Source: Blastocatellia bacterium
Lineage (GTDB): Bacteria; Acidobacteriota; Blastocatellia; Pyrinomonadales; Pyrinomonadaceae
NCBI GenBank assembly: GCA_031371765.1
Contig: JANMKA010000024.1
Span: 810-64,809 of the forward strand
Length of the DNA stretch: 64,000 nt
Reading direction: 5' to 3'
This document shows positions 28,281-39,448 of the stretch, one piece after another. The position numbers and the translations under genes were made by a program. The notes beneath the pieces are model-generated. The model worked only from the letters and a program-made list of their open reading frames with translations. It searched no databases and had not been told where the DNA came from. Numbering within the stretch: the stretch's first letter is position 1; each line of letters opens with the position of its first letter.

Positions 28281-29329
28281 TGATTCGTCTCCCGCCTCCT
28301 GGTGTCTTTCTCTTTCTCGGCAACCTTCACCCGATTGCCCGCTTGTTCGAAGAAGCGCCACATCTCTTTGCTCGCGTCGGGCCCTTTCGGATCTCCAAAT
28401 GTGCTCGCAGCCGGACTGCCGGACCACGCGTGCGCAAGTCCGTTGACAATCCATTTCTCCATCAGCAAGCGTCCTGCCTTATCCTGGTAGATCGATCTTG
28501 TAAAGCTGTAACCAGCGGGGACATTCCCGGCAACAGTCTCGGCAATTTCAGCCTTCACGCTTTGGTTATACTTGCCATCATCGAGAAAATCGTTCGTTGC
28601 GGCCCACTGAACAATCAGTTGGTCGGCATTCAAAGGATTGACATACGGATCGACGCTGCCCTGGAAAACAATGATCGGCAGCGACTTCTTTCGGCGGACC
28701 CGAAGACCCTCGTTCATAGCCGAGTAAACTAAGGATTCCAACTGGCGCGGGTCAGCGCTGCCTTGCTTCATAGCCGTCAGGCCAGTCTGAACGCTCGTCG
28801 CCGTCTTGTAGGCCAGACCGGCGCTGGTGCCGACGCCTGAGAACAAATCAGGATAGGTCGCTGCCATGACGACTGCCATCGCGCCGCCGGCAGAAATTCC
28901 TGCGACGAAAATTTTCTTTGGGTTTACCTTGTGCGTCGTTTGAACTTTTGCCACGATCGCGGCGAGCAACGACGGCTCACCGCTACCGCGCGTTTGATTC
29001 TGCGGGTCAAACCAGTTCCAGCACTTTAGCGGATTAGCTGCAGGTATTTGTTCCGGGTAGACAACGAGAAAGTTGTGTTGCTCCGCCACTGCATTCATTC
29101 CGGAAATAGCCGCGAGGTCTTCGGGTTTCTGCATGCAGCCATGCAGCATCATCACCAGCGGGGTCGCTTTGCGTTTATCGTAACCGGCAGGAACCCACAG
29201 GGCATAATTGCGGGAGCCGGAAGCGCCAGTCGCACTGCCTCGCTGCCATTCACCCGCACGCGCTGTGTTTGGAATTACCAAGAGAGTCAATACCAGCGCT
29301 AGCAGAATGACGATCTGTTTCGACTTCAT
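28277..29329 (-). CDS. Secreted PHB-depolymerase-family esterase (LpqC / feruloyl-esterase-like)
   Basis: Signal peptide MKSKQIVILLALVLTLLVIPNTARA. LVMMLHGC, GISAGGAM nucleophile elbow, and the WNWF motif typical of the Esterase_phd family. Confidence 0.8.
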   Translation of the reverse strand: MKSKQIVILLALVLTLLVIPNTARAGEWQRGSATGASGSRNYALWVPAGYDKRKATPLVMMLHGCMQKPEDLAAISGMNAVAEQHNFLVVYPEQIPAANPLKCWNWFDPQNQTRGSGEPSLLAAIVAKVQTTHKVNPKKIFVAGISAGGAMAVVMAATYPDLFSGVGTSAGLAYKTATSVQTGLTAMKQGSADPRQLESLVYSAMNEGLRVRRKKSLPIIVFQGSVDPYVNPLNADQLIVQWAATNDFLDDGKYNQSVKAEIAETVAGNVPAGYSFTRSIYQDKAGRLLMEKWIVNGLAHAWSGSPAASTFGDPKGPDASKEMWRFFEQAGNRVKVAEKEKDTRRRETNQ

Positions 29330-29373
29330 AAACTACTCGACGCATTGTTGGACCATCATTACTTCCGACCCGA

Positions 29374-30309
29374 TCATTCACCTTTTGGCTGACAGCGCTG
29401 AGTGAATTCATCGATCACATCGGCCACCCGCGACGCGCCGCGTTCGCCGAGCACAATCGTGTAATGCGTGGTGCCCGGAATCATCTCATCTTCGATCTGC
29501 GGAAGGAAAGTTTGCATCTTGTCCACCGCGGCGTCCGGAATGAGCGGCGGTCGATCCGCAGCAAAGCCACTTTCGGCGCGCAGCAAGCTGACCGGCACGC
29601 GCAACGACTTAAGACGCGCGGTTATTTCCGCCGTCTTAAAACTCTCCGCCACATCAAAGCGTACGCCCGCCTCCGAGGCCTTCGGACGCAAGACGCCGTC
29701 TTCGCCACCAACTTCGTAGTCTAAGAAGGCCTCTGTCCATGGCCCCCAGTCCGCCGCCGGAAAATTTGGCCGTTGCCGCCAAAACTCCCGGTAAGCAGCG
29801 CGCGACGGGTACGTTTCCCGCAGCTGCGTGATTCGCTGCGCAAGCACGGTGTCAAGCACCTGCTCGGCGTCAGCTTCGGCAGGCATATCGAGCAGATAAC
29901 CACCGTCGATCAGAATCAATCCCGCCACCAGTTCTGGATTCTGCATCGCAAGGGCGGTGGCGATGAACGCGCCCATGGAATGTCCCACGATCACACTGGG
30001 ACCCAACTCCAGCGCTCGCATGGCGGCAGCGACATCGCGAGCGTGTTGTGCGTAGCCGTATGGACCATCGGGTTTATCTGAGTCGCCGCGGCCTCGCGAG
30101 TCGAGAGCGAGCAGCGGCCGCCTGCCCTCGAGCCGTTCGGCGACACCAATGAAGTTGAGGTACGACGCCGTGAGTCCGTGGAGCGCGACGACCGGCGCAC
30201 CGCGCCCGGGCCAGTAACCAAAGCTCAGTTCAATACCATCCCCGGGCACGCGACCTCGTGCCTCTCTCGTCACTTTTAAAGCGACTTGCAGCTGAGCGGC
30301 ACGTGACAT
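29374..30309 (-). CDS. Alpha/beta-fold hydrolase
   Basis: VVALHGL oxyanion region, GHSMGA nucleophile elbow. 311 aa. No signal peptide. Confidence 0.8.
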   Translation of the reverse strand: MSRAAQLQVALKVTREARGRVPGDGIELSFGYWPGRGAPVVALHGLTASYLNFIGVAERLEGRRPLLALDSRGRGDSDKPDGPYGYAQHARDVAAAMRALELGPSVIVGHSMGAFIATALAMQNPELVAGLILIDGGYLLDMPAEADAEQVLDTVLAQRITQLRETYPSRAAYREFWRQRPNFPAADWGPWTEAFLDYEVGGEDGVLRPKASEAGVRFDVAESFKTAEITARLKSLRVPVSLLRAESGFAADRPPLIPDAAVDKMQTFLPQIEDEMIPGTTHYTIVLGERGASRVADVIDEFTQRCQPKGE

Positions 30310-30319
30310 TTGCGTCCCC

Positions 30320-33300
30320 CTAGAAACTGAACTTGAGTCCGAATTGAATTAAGCGTGGGTTACTACTCGTGGAAATGATTTTTCCAAAACGTCCCGCTCC
30401 CAGCGTCGCATTAATTGTGCCGTCGGCATTGAAGTTTGCGGCCGGGATAGCATTGAGATCACTGATTGGGTTCGCGTAGTTCACAGTGTTGAAGAGATTA
30501 AAGAACTCCGTGCGAAACTCAATCGCCTTGGTTTCCAAGAAGCTGAAGCGTTTGATGAGCGAAAAGTCAATGTTGTTCTGATGTGGTCCGCGCAGGATGT
30601 TGCGTGGCAGCGTGCCGATGTCTGTGCCGACTGCGGCCGCAGTCGCCAAACCGCCGGAACTTGGTATGACAGCTCCGGCTGCTACGACCGGCCGAGCAAA
30701 AGCGAGTGGATTGAAGTAATAACCGGCAGGCACATTGCTAAAAGGATCTCCCACCAGATTCGGGCGGGACAGAGCCGCGCCGTTAAGTCCATACAACGAT
30801 CCCGCGCCAGTGTCCACGATGTCGATTGGCAGACCTGACATTGAAGTTGCGATCCCCGCGACTTGCCAGCCGCCCAGCAATACTTTGCCGGCACTGGAAT
30901 CCTTAGCGAATCCCGGCGTGGGAATCTCGTAAATAGCGCTGAACACGAAGCGATGTTTGCGATCAAAATCTGACAGCCCGCGGTTGGCGTTAAAGTCCAG
31001 TTGATTACCGAGAATTGGACTTGTCTCTCCGACAGCGCCAGGATTTAGTACCCCACCCGCTCCTGGTCCACCGCCCTGACCCGAGGCGTTATCGATCGAT
31101 TTGGCCAGCGTGTAAGAAGCGAGAAAGCTGAGACCGTTTGCAAACCGTCGCGTCAAACTCATTTGCAACGAGTTGTAATGCGAATACGCGGTCGATTGGT
31201 TCTGGAAGAAAGTATTAATACTGACGCCCTGGTATGGCGCACGCAGAGCCGCATTCGCCGGCGTATTGGTAGTGATTACTGCGCCAGTCACCGCGTTGGT
31301 AATCGGTGCGGTGGGGCTTGCTAACCTTGCCTGATTGATGCCTACCTGACGAAAGAGATTTTTTCCACGCGTGCCCACATAGCCAACCTCAAGCAGGTAG
31401 TTTTTGTGGATTTCGTACTGCGCATTAAAGTTGAATTGATGAAGATACGGCGTGCGAATGTTTCGATCGAAAAGCGTTCCAGAAAGGGCAACACCCGGCA
31501 CGAGCGTTGGGAACGCACTGGTCGGAGGGGCCGGGAAGAACGGGTTGGCGATTGGGGGGAAAACCAGCGCCCCGAAAACGTAGGTCGGCGGCGCGATCAC
31601 ATTAAGAGTGATGTATTGAAATGACGTACGCGAATAAAAGATTCCGTAGCCGCCCCGCAGCACCAGCTTTCCTGAATCCAGCGGCGAATAGGCAAAGCCC
31701 AGCCGCGGTGCGAAATTGTTCGGGTCAATGCTGTTGACCACTCGTTTGCCCACATTAGGAATGTCAGGCAGGTCGTATTGCGAAATCACATTTCCTGCCT
31801 GCACATAGCCCCCGATTGGCGGGCCAACCACCGCGCCGCCAATTGCGGGTCGCGGCACGTAAAGCGCTGGATCGAAAGTAGCGATGCGGCCACGCGTGTC
31901 GTACGGCGGCAGATCTAGCTCATAACGCAACCCCAGGTTTAGCGTTAACTTCCGGTTGACCTTCCAGTCATCCTGCGCAAAGAAGTTGTAGTCCGAGGCG
32001 CGCAGGCTTCGGTTTCCAATGCCACTGCCGTAAATGGTTAGGAATGGGACGCCCTGCAAGAAGTTGGTAAAGCTGAGAAATTGAACTTGACCCCGAGTAA
32101 AGAAGTTCAGTACGTAATTGTTTTCGTTGTAGCGATACTCACCACCTACACGCAGGTTGTGACTACCTTTGGTGATTGAGAGGGTATCGGCCAGAGTAGT
32201 CGAAGGAGCGACTGCCCTCACATCGATAGTCGCCGAGGTGCCAATAACCACACCGCCGGCAGCCGGGTTAATCTGAATCAGCCCCAAACCGGGAAAGAGG
32301 CTGGCGTTGGAGCGGGTAATGCCGACGCTGGCATCGGTAATTGGTTCCTGCGGGGTGGCATCCACGCGAATAAAGTTGTAACCGAAGCGCAGCTCGTTAA
32401 AAACAGTTGGACTGAAGATGTGCGTGTGCTGCAACGTTACCAGGCGGTTGTTGTTTTGCTGAAAGTTGCCAAAGCCGGGAACGTTGGGCCCACCGCCGAG
32501 GAAGCTCGGCAGCACCAGCGTCTGGGGCGCGTTGGAATAATAAAACTTGAAAGCGAACGTATTGTTCTCGTTGTAACGATAGTCGAGGTTGGCGTTGAAC
32601 TGGTTCTCGTTGAATACCGATGGCGTTGAGCCGGTATAGGTTCCGTTTGGACCGTTAGGCGTGGGGATAAGAAAACTCCCATTCGGAAGCTTGGCGTTCA
32701 AGAGGTTAAGGGCCACCGCGTTGATCGGGAATCCGTACGTCGCCTGCAAAGTTGCAGCCGAGCGATCATTCGTCAAACGCGGGTCGACCAGGATGTTTGA
32801 AGAAACACTGTTAATGAGCGAAGCGCCGTTGCGCTCGCGCGTGGCCTGGTAAGAACCGAAGAAGAATAGTTTGTCCTTCTTAATTGGGCCACCGACGTAG
32901 GCGCCCAAAACTTTGCGCGTTAACACCGGACGAGCCACATTCGAAGCGATCAGAAAAGGATTGTTTGCGTTAAAGCGTGCATTGCGAAGAAAACCGTAAG
33001 CGCCACCGTGAAAGTCGTTTCCACCACTTTTCGTTACCGCCTGAATGTTACCGCCGCCTGAGCGACCGAAGGTTGCGTCATAGAGCGAAGTTTGTACCTT
33101 AAACTCCTGAATCGTTTCCGGGGCCGGTACCGCAAGCGATGGCGCAGAGTTGGTGCCCATCGAGTTTGCGTCGATGCCGTTAATCTGAAAATTATTGTTG
33201 GTTACACGTGCACCGTTGACTGAGATGTTCTGCGAGTTACGACCGACCGAGGTGTTGTCCGGCAGATACGTCGCGGCGCCTGGCGACAGTCCCAGGATTT

Positions 33301-33772
33301 GCGTGAAGTTGCGCGTCGCCAGCGGCAATTCCGAAACCGTTCGGCTGTCAACTACGCGGCCCAATTGCGGGCCTTCAGTTTGTGCTAACTGTGGCGCGGC
33401 GTCGATTGTCACAGATTCCGTAACAGCGCCTACCACCAGACTAGGATCGACGGACGTGGTTTCGGTGAGCGCGACTTTTACATTATCAGCTATGAATTTC
33501 TTGAAACCATTCGCTGTCGCAGTAACGGTGTAGTCACCTGGCCGCAGGAGCGGGACAACGTAGCTACCGGATCCATCCGCGATGACAGTGCGTACTTCGC
33601 CAGTGCCTTTGTTGGTCACAGTCACTTCCGCACCAGGCACGGAGGCGCCCGTCTCGTCGGTAACATTGCCGACGATGCGGCCGGTAGTCTGACTCTGGGC
33701 AAACGCCGGAAGACTGAAAAGGACCAACAGTGAAAGGGTGGTTAAAGTAATAAAGGCTCTTCGCATGGTCAT
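30320..33772 (-). CDS. TonB-dependent receptor with N-terminal carboxypeptidase-regulatory-like domain
   Basis: Start at MTMRRAFITLTTLSLLVLFSLPAFAQ (GAAGGAGA RBS upstream). GRIVGNVTDETGASVPGAEVTVTN...GDYTVTATANGFK is the CarboxypepD_reg fold. Plug-like region, then a long beta-barrel ending in the aromatic FGLKFSF. Confidence 0.88.
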   Translation of the reverse strand: MTMRRAFITLTTLSLLVLFSLPAFAQSQTTGRIVGNVTDETGASVPGAEVTVTNKGTGEVRTVIADGSGSYVVPLLRPGDYTVTATANGFKKFIADNVKVALTETTSVDPSLVVGAVTESVTIDAAPQLAQTEGPQLGRVVDSRTVSELPLATRNFTQILGLSPGAATYLPDNTSVGRNSQNISVNGARVTNNNFQINGIDANSMGTNSAPSLAVPAPETIQEFKVQTSLYDATFGRSGGGNIQAVTKSGGNDFHGGAYGFLRNARFNANNPFLIASNVARPVLTRKVLGAYVGGPIKKDKLFFFGSYQATRERNGASLINSVSSNILVDPRLTNDRSAATLQATYGFPINAVALNLLNAKLPNGSFLIPTPNGPNGTYTGSTPSVFNENQFNANLDYRYNENNTFAFKFYYSNAPQTLVLPSFLGGGPNVPGFGNFQQNNNRLVTLQHTHIFSPTVFNELRFGYNFIRVDATPQEPITDASVGITRSNASLFPGLGLIQINPAAGGVVIGTSATIDVRAVAPSTTLADTLSITKGSHNLRVGGEYRYNENNYVLNFFTRGQVQFLSFTNFLQGVPFLTIYGSGIGNRSLRASDYNFFAQDDWKVNRKLTLNLGLRYELDLPPYDTRGRIATFDPALYVPRPAIGGAVVGPPIGGYVQAGNVISQYDLPDIPNVGKRVVNSIDPNNFAPRLGFAYSPLDSGKLVLRGGYGIFYSRTSFQYITLNVIAPPTYVFGALVFPPIANPFFPAPPTSAFPTLVPGVALSGTLFDRNIRTPYLHQFNFNAQYEIHKNYLLEVGYVGTRGKNLFRQVGINQARLASPTAPITNAVTGAVITTNTPANAALRAPYQGVSINTFFQNQSTAYSHYNSLQMSLTRRFANGLSFLASYTLAKSIDNASGQGGGPGAGGVLNPGAVGETSPILGNQLDFNANRGLSDFDRKHRFVFSAIYEIPTPGFAKDSSAGKVLLGGWQVAGIATSMSGLPIDIVDTGAGSLYGLNGAALSRPNLVGDPFSNVPAGYYFNPLAFARPVVAAGAVIPSSGGLATAAAVGTDIGTLPRNILRGPHQNNIDFSLIKRFSFLETKAIEFRTEFFNLFNTVNYANPISDLNAIPAANFNADGTINATLGAGRFGKIISTSSNPRLIQFGLKFSF

Positions 33773-33885
33773 CGCTTGAGATTCTCCTTCACGTAATACT
33801 TGGCTGCAACCTGATTGATGGGATGGCAACTGACCGCGCATAGCTACTGGCAAGTCGCCGGGAGATGTTTGGCCGAACCCTCTGG

Positions 33886-33901
33886 TGCAATTGGCGCTCC
33901 A
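33886..33901 (-). promoter_or_regulatory. Sigma-54 promoter candidate TGGAGC-N5-TTGCA upstream of the TonB-dependent receptor
   Basis: The minus strand reads caTGGAGCgccaaTTGCAcc. GG and GC are separated by exactly 10 nt, as in the -24/-12 consensus TGGCAC-N5-TTGCW. About 100 nt upstream of the start codon, and a sigma-54 activator gene lies directly upstream. Confidence 0.5.
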
Positions 33902-34003
33902 TGCCAAACGGTTTGTCAGCAAAAGTGGAATTGCCGTTTTTGGGATTGAAAAGGGTCTAAATCGCGAATTGGAGAAGCGGGCCGCCAGTGGGCCAGTGGT
34001 GAG

Positions 34004-34024
34004 ACTGCTCAATTAGTGAGCAGT
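34004..34024. promoter_or_regulatory. Perfect 8-bp inverted repeat ACTGCTCA-N5-TGAGCAGT (candidate enhancer-binding site)
   Basis: Located ~105-125 nt upstream of the sigma-54-like -24 element and ~80 nt downstream of the activator gene. No T-tract follows on the minus strand, so it is not an obvious terminator. Confidence 0.35.
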
Positions 34025-34105
34025 GAGTTTCTTGGATCGCGCAATCTTTGGACACTCAGACCCTGGGTTTCCGAGCTTCGAATACCAGAACTCAAATTTG
34101 AGATC

Positions 34106-35470
34106 TCAGCTGGTGGGTTCGACTTGATACTTGCGCATCTTGTTGTAAAGCGTGTTGCGGGTGACGCCGAGTATCTCCGCGCCGCGGCTGAGATTGTTGC
34201 CGGTGGCCCTCAGTATTCTTTCGATATGTATTCTTTCAATTTCATCAAGCGATAGGAATTCTTCACCGTCGCTAGCCTGTCTTGATTCCAAAATCTCCGG
34301 CCCACCGAGCGGCAGATCGCGCGCGTGGATGCGATCGCCCGAACACAAAATAACGGCGCGCTCAATGACGTTGCGCAACTCGCGGATGTTGCCGGGCCAG
34401 TCATAACTTTCAAGCAGGACTTCCGCTTTCGGCGTCAGGCTCTGCACGCGCCGGTTGAGCTTCTGACTGTAGTGTTCGACGAAATGTTGCGCGAGCGGCA
34501 GAATGTCTTCGCGGCGTCCTTTCAGTGACGGCATGGTTAGCGGCACGACGTTAAGACGATAATAAAGATCTTCGCGAAAGCGGCCGCGCTTTATCTCGGA
34601 CTGCAGATTACGATTGGTCGCCGCTACCACGCGGACGTCAACTTCCTTCTCCTGAATTCCGCCGACGCGACGGAAACGTTTTTCTTCCAAAACAGTAAGC
34701 ACCCGCGCTTGAATGGCCGGTTCCATCTCGGCGATCTCATCGAAAAAAATCGTGCCCGCATGGGCCAACTCAAACAGCCCCGGCTTGTTGGCGACGGCGC
34801 CAGTGAACGAGCCTTTTTCGTGGCCAAAGAGTTCCGACTCCAACAATTCGCGACTCAACCCCGCGCAATTCACGGCGACAAATGGTTTTTCATGACGAAC
34901 GCTAAGCCGGTGAATCAGGCGTGCAATGACGCCTTTTCCCGTCCCGGTTTCGCCCTGCAGCAGCACGGTCGTGTCCGAGGGAGCAAGTAATTCAACCGTC
35001 TGATAAATGCGCAGGATGGCATCGCTTGTCCCCTGAAAATGTTCCGCCGCCATGCGCTGTTGGACCAGACCGGCAAGCAATAGCTCGCGCCGGGCGTGGC
35101 TCTGTTCCAAAGTCTTTGCTATTAGAATAAGCAGGCTTTCGGGATCGAAAGGCTTGGTAAAAAAGTTTTCCGCGCCGTTTTTCAGCGCCAGGATTGCAGT
35201 CTCGATCGTTCCATGAGCTGTCAGGATGATCACCGGCACATCGTCGTCAATCTCTTTAATGCGCGTCAGCAACTCGAGGCCACTAACGTCGGGCAAACGC
35301 AAATCGAGCAAGATCAGTTCTGGCGCATTCTCAGTCACGATTGGCAGCGCCTGCGCCCCTGTCTCAGCTTCCAGCACGCGATAGCCTTCGCCTTCCAGCA
35401 GTTGGCGCAGACCAAAACGCACCGAAGGCTGATCGTCAACTACCAGGATTTTGTCTTTTGCGGTAACCAT
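34106..35470 (-). CDS. Sigma-54-dependent response regulator (NtrC/Fis family)
   Basis: Receiver domain (ILVVDDQ...LLDLRLPD), AAA+ Walker [15 protein letters not shown] (GAFTGA variant), [10 protein letters not shown], and C-terminal Fis-type HTH ([20 protein letters not shown]). Start placed at MVTAKDK. Confidence 0.92.
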   Translation of the reverse strand: MVTAKDKILVVDDQPSVRFGLRQLLEGEGYRVLEAETGAQALPIVTENAPELILLDLRLPDVSGLELLTRIKEIDDDVPVIILTAHGTIETAILALKNGAENFFTKPFDPESLLILIAKTLEQSHARRELLLAGLVQQRMAAEHFQGTSDAILRIYQTVELLAPSDTTVLLQGETGTGKGVIARLIHRLSVRHEKPFVAVNCAGLSRELLESELFGHEKGSFTGAVANKPGLFELAHAGTIFFDEIAEMEPAIQARVLTVLEEKRFRRVGGIQEKEVDVRVVAATNRNLQSEIKRGRFREDLYYRLNVVPLTMPSLKGRREDILPLAQHFVEHYSQKLNRRVQSLTPKAEVLLESYDWPGNIRELRNVIERAVILCSGDRIHARDLPLGGPEILESRQASDGEEFLSLDEIERIHIERILRATGNNLSRGAEILGVTRNTLYNKMRKYQVEPTS

Positions 35471-35486
35471 CTTTGTTTGTTGCGGG

Positions 35487-35567
35487 GTCAGTTGTCCGTT
35501 GTCAGTAGTCCGTGGTCCGTTGTCAGGTCGAATTCTAAACAGAGGCAATGGACAACTGACAACTGAC
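35487..35567. repeat. Heptanucleotide-repeat hairpin element (GTCNGTN)n / (CAACTGA)n
   Basis: gtcagtt gtccgtt gtcagta gtccgtg gtccgtt gtcag (35487-35526) faces ggacaactgacaactgac (35550-35567). It fills the spacer between the kinase stop (35567) and the regulator start (35470). Confidence 0.8.
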
Positions 35568-37855
35568 TACGAACCAAGCGGCAGCTTGATTGTGAACGTC
35601 GTCCCTCGTCCACCGTCCGACCGCAGCGCAATGCTGCCGCCGTGATCGTGAATTGTCTTGCGAACGATAGCCAGGCCCAATCCCACTCCGTTCGGGCGCG
35701 TGGTAAAGAACGGATCGAAAACTTTGTTCAGGTTTTCAACAGCAATCCCTGCGCCAGTGTCGCTCACCTGTATTTGCACCTGCGCGGCGCCGTTCCCGGC
35801 TCTGCTCGACGCCAGCCGGATTTCGCCGCCGCGCGCGGTGTGCTGTAACGCGTTCTCAAAAAGATTGGCGAAAACGCCGTGCATCTTGCGCCGATCGACG
35901 CGCGGGTAGCCGACCTCTTCCGGATACTCAACCGTGAGCCGGATGCCTTTCTTTTCCGCCTGACTGCGAAACTCTTCCGCGACTTCGGCGATGACTACGC
36001 GCAGGGCCGAATCGTCGGTGTCCAACCGCACCGGCCGGCTATGCTCGAGCAACTGCTCCATCAAATAATTCAGCCGGCTCACTTCCGTCATCACGACATC
36101 GAGAAATGGCTGGACTGCTTTCCGATCCGCCAGGCGGCGCGCCAGCGCGCTTAAGGTCGTGGTAATGCCAAACAGCGGATTGCGCACCTCATGCGCAACT
36201 CCCGCGATTAGCTCGCCAACTACAGCCAGTCGCTCGGAAATAATCAGTTGTTGCGACAATCGTTTCTGCTCCGTGACATCCTTGACGATACCCAGATGAA
36301 ACACTTGGCCGTCGGCCGCATCAGTAACGGCGCGAATACTAAGTCGCGCCGGCATCAATTCACCGGTCTGCCGGCGCAGGTCGCATTCGACGTCCAATGC
36401 TTTGCCTTCGCGCGCGAGTTGATTCTGCAAGCCCGTTCGCGCCGGCTCGCTTACCACCAGTTCCTCGATAAGGTTGACGCCTTCCAATTCTTCACGCGAA
36501 TCGTAACCAAGCATTGCCGCCAGCGCCGGATTAATGTTTACCAGCTCGCCTTGCGGCGTACTGCGATACAGACCATCGACCGCGCTTTCAAATATCTGCC
36601 GGTAGCGTTCTTCGGACTCGCGCACCTGTTCAAATAGTTGTGCGTTACGCAGCAGGTGCGCTGCCTGCGTCGCGAAAATTGTTACCAGCCGCTTCTCTTC
36701 TTCACGGAAGCCGTCCTGCTTGTTAATTACTTCAATCGTGCCGAGCATGTGTTGCCCTGCATTTAGCGGCACCGCCAGCAACTCGCGAATGTTCCCGTTC
36801 GCCTTTTCGCTCAGCAGCGGATCCCGCCGCGCGTCATTGGTCATGTACGCCTCGCCGGTACGGAATACGCGGGTGGCAATGCTGATTTCTTCGGGAGCGA
36901 AACTCAGGCTCGACAGGTCTTCATCACGCATGCCGTACGCGGGCACCTGGGCATGAATGCGCTTCTTGCGTTCGTCATATAAGAGAATCACGCAGGTTTC
37001 AGCGCCCAGGAGCCGCGCAATCTTCCGGGTCAACAACTCGCAAATCTGACTAACTTCGGCGCCCGTACCCATCATCAACGAGATGTGATAAAGGCCGCTG
37101 GACCGCTCGATTTCCTGTTGCAGTTGCAGCGCGGCTTCGTTAATTGTCTGGGCCAGTTGTCCGATTTCGTCTTGCCGTTTTACTTCCAGCGGATCGGCCA
37201 CGCCGCCAATCGCGAGCCGCGCAGCGAGTTGTTCCATCTCGCGAAGCGGTTTGAGTATGACGAAGTAAAGAATGCCAACAGTTACCGTCGCGGTGAGGAT
37301 GAGCGAACCGATGGCAGCCTCAATCGCAAGCTCGCCTTGGGCGGAGTGCGGCAAAACTCTGGTAGCAAAGTACGCCACTAAGAGCGCCAGCAAAACCATT
37401 AGCCAGCCGACGGTAAACTTGCCGATCAGACTGCGGCGCGGATCGAACAACCAGCGCGCGGAAAGTTTTTTCGCAATGCGACTGCGGTCCTTGATTTCCT
37501 GAATGGCGCGAATTGCCTCTTCGCGAGTCGCAAAAATATTGGATTCGAGATCCTTGGCTGCGCCGAGGTAACGCAATACCGAACGCGTCAGGCCGCTCGA
37601 TGAATAACGGACCGTCTTCAGGCTATACCGATCGTAAAGGTCCTTAATGCTCTCGCCGTAGTAATCAACGATCTCCGGCGCCATCTCGGTGCCTTCATAG
37701 TTGACGACGGCGTATGCGCGGCGGCCCTCAAGGGTGGCGCGCACCATTCGCCGCATCTCGTCCACTTGCTCGCGGGTTTCAATGCGCAACCCGGCGAGGT
37801 CGATGAAAAGGATGTTTTCCCTGGCGTCAAATAGGAATCGATCTTGAAACTGCAT
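35567..37855 (-). CDS. Sensor histidine kinase: N-terminal cytoplasmic domain, 2 TM, HAMP, GAF, PAS, HisKA, HATPase
   Basis: H-box AGVAHEVRNPLFG, N-box FENALQHT, G-box VSDTGAGI. GAF-like SGLYHISLMMG...LAVPL. PAS-like EERYRQIFESAVDGLYRS. ~130-aa N-terminal soluble domain precedes the TM pair. Confidence 0.9.
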   Translation of the reverse strand: MQFQDRFLFDARENILFIDLAGLRIETREQVDEMRRMVRATLEGRRAYAVVNYEGTEMAPEIVDYYGESIKDLYDRYSLKTVRYSSSGLTRSVLRYLGAAKDLESNIFATREEAIRAIQEIKDRSRIAKKLSARWLFDPRRSLIGKFTVGWLMVLLALLVAYFATRVLPHSAQGELAIEAAIGSLILTATVTVGILYFVILKPLREMEQLAARLAIGGVADPLEVKRQDEIGQLAQTINEAALQLQQEIERSSGLYHISLMMGTGAEVSQICELLTRKIARLLGAETCVILLYDERKKRIHAQVPAYGMRDEDLSSLSFAPEEISIATRVFRTGEAYMTNDARRDPLLSEKANGNIRELLAVPLNAGQHMLGTIEVINKQDGFREEEKRLVTIFATQAAHLLRNAQLFEQVRESEERYRQIFESAVDGLYRSTPQGELVNINPALAAMLGYDSREELEGVNLIEELVVSEPARTGLQNQLAREGKALDVECDLRRQTGELMPARLSIRAVTDAADGQVFHLGIVKDVTEQKRLSQQLIISERLAVVGELIAGVAHEVRNPLFGITTTLSALARRLADRKAVQPFLDVVMTEVSRLNYLMEQLLEHSRPVRLDTDDSALRVVIAEVAEEFRSQAEKKGIRLTVEYPEEVGYPRVDRRKMHGVFANLFENALQHTARGGEIRLASSRAGNGAAQVQIQVSDTGAGIAVENLNKVFDPFFTTRPNGVGLGLAIVRKTIHDHGGSIALRSDGGRGTTFTIKLPLGS

Positions 37856-38026
37856 TGCGGTTTGCCATTAACCAGAGGTTCGCCTCGAACTCTACTACCG
37901 AAGAACGGCCATGGGCAACCAGCCCGTGCTCAGCCCGCGCAGCGCGGCATCAGCATAAAGCCTGGGTTGGAGCGGGGCGAAACCCCAGGATCGTTCAAGT
38001 AAGAAAGGAAGAGCCGCGGGCTTGGA

Positions 38027-38064
38027 CCAAAAGAAGTCAGGCAGCCGGTTTTCGCGGCTGCCTG
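38027..38064 (-). terminator. Rho-independent terminator after aceA
   Basis: The minus strand reads caggcagccg-cgaaaac-cggctgcctg followed by acttcttttgg. 10-bp GC-rich stem plus T-run, ~30 nt after the aceA stop. Confidence 0.7.
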
Positions 38065-38092
38065 TTGTTCGGCCCCAAACTGTCGCGTTGGT

Positions 38093-39409
38093 TTACCCGA
38101 GCGCGCCCACTGCGGAAACAGTTGGAGCGCTTGGGACTGCCGCAAACTGTTCTTCTTCGGTTGATCCACTCAGCGCCGTTACCGACGAAGTCCCGCTGGA
38201 GATCGCCTGAGCCACTGCATCAAAATATCCGGTGCCGACAAACGCCTGATGCTTGACCGCGCGATAGCCGCTGTCGCTCTCACGCGCAAACTCGCGTTCC
38301 TGCAACTGCGAATACGCAGTCATCCCTGTTTCGCGATATTCGCTGGCGAGCTCAAACATACTGAGATTCAGCGCGTGGAAACCGGCAAGCGTGATGAATT
38401 GAAACTTGTAACCCATGCCGGCAAGTTCCGCTTGGAAACAGGCGATCGTTTCTTCGCCGAGTTTCTTTTTCCAGTTGAACGATGGCGAACAATTGTAGGC
38501 GAGCAACTTGCCTGGATAGCGCTCGTGGATGGCGGTGGCAAACGCGCGCGCCTCCTCGAGATTCGGCGACGAAGTTTCGCACCAAACGAGATCGGCGTAA
38601 GGCGCGTAGGCAAGGCCGCGAGCGATAGCCTGGTTCAGGCCGCTTCGGACTTCGAAAAAGCCTTCAATTGTTCGGCCACCGGTAAGGAACTCGCGATCAC
38701 GCTCGTCAATGTCGCTGGTTAGCAGTCCCGCTCCATTCGCGTCGGTGCGCGCAACGATTAGGGTCGGCACGCCCATCACGTCCGCAGCCAAGCGCGCCGC
38801 AACGAGTTTTTGAATTGCTTCCGCGGTGGGGACCAAAACTTTGCCACCCATGTGACCGCACTTTTTCGCCGACGCCAGTTGATCTTCAAAATGGACCGCG
38901 GCGGCGCCGGCGTCGATCATGGCCTTCATTAACTCAAATGCGTTGAGTGTGCCACCAAAGCCGGCCTCAGCGTCGGCAACAATCGGCACGAACCAGTCAA
39001 CCGAATCGCGACCTTCGAGGTTGGCAATCTGGTCTGCGCGCTGAAACGCGTTATTGATCCGGCGCACCAAATCGGGAACGCTGTTGACCGCATACAAGCT
39101 CTGGTCGGGATACATCTGGCCGGCGACATTAGCGTCAGCCGCCACCTGCCAACCGCTGACATAGATCGCTTTGAGGCCGGCTTCGACTTGTTGCAACGCC
39201 TGGCCGCCGGTTAGCGCGCCTAAGGCGGCGACATGAGTTTCGCCGTTTAGCGCCTGCCACAGTCTCGCCGCCCCGCGCTCAGCAAGCGAGTATTTGATCT
39301 CCACGCTGCCGCGAAGTTTGATTATGTCGGCGGCGGAATAAGGCCGCATGATGCCTTGCCACCGGCTGTCGTTGGACCAGGTGGTTTCCAGTTTGTCGGC
39401 GTCGCTCAT
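38093..39409 (-). CDS. aceA: Isocitrate lyase
   Basis: KKCGHMGGK active-site signature. Start at [20 protein letters not shown]. ~15-aa extension after the usual GSTEEEQF C-terminus. Confidence 0.95.
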   Translation of the reverse strand: MSDADKLETTWSNDSRWQGIMRPYSAADIIKLRGSVEIKYSLAERGAARLWQALNGETHVAALGALTGGQALQQVEAGLKAIYVSGWQVAADANVAGQMYPDQSLYAVNSVPDLVRRINNAFQRADQIANLEGRDSVDWFVPIVADAEAGFGGTLNAFELMKAMIDAGAAAVHFEDQLASAKKCGHMGGKVLVPTAEAIQKLVAARLAADVMGVPTLIVARTDANGAGLLTSDIDERDREFLTGGRTIEGFFEVRSGLNQAIARGLAYAPYADLVWCETSSPNLEEARAFATAIHERYPGKLLAYNCSPSFNWKKKLGEETIACFQAELAGMGYKFQFITLAGFHALNLSMFELASEYRETGMTAYSQLQEREFARESDSGYRAVKHQAFVGTGYFDAVAQAISSGTSSVTALSGSTEEEQFAAVPSAPTVSAVGALG

Positions 39410-39448
39410 GACGTGTCTCCTGTGGTTTGCTTCCAAGTGAAATACAAT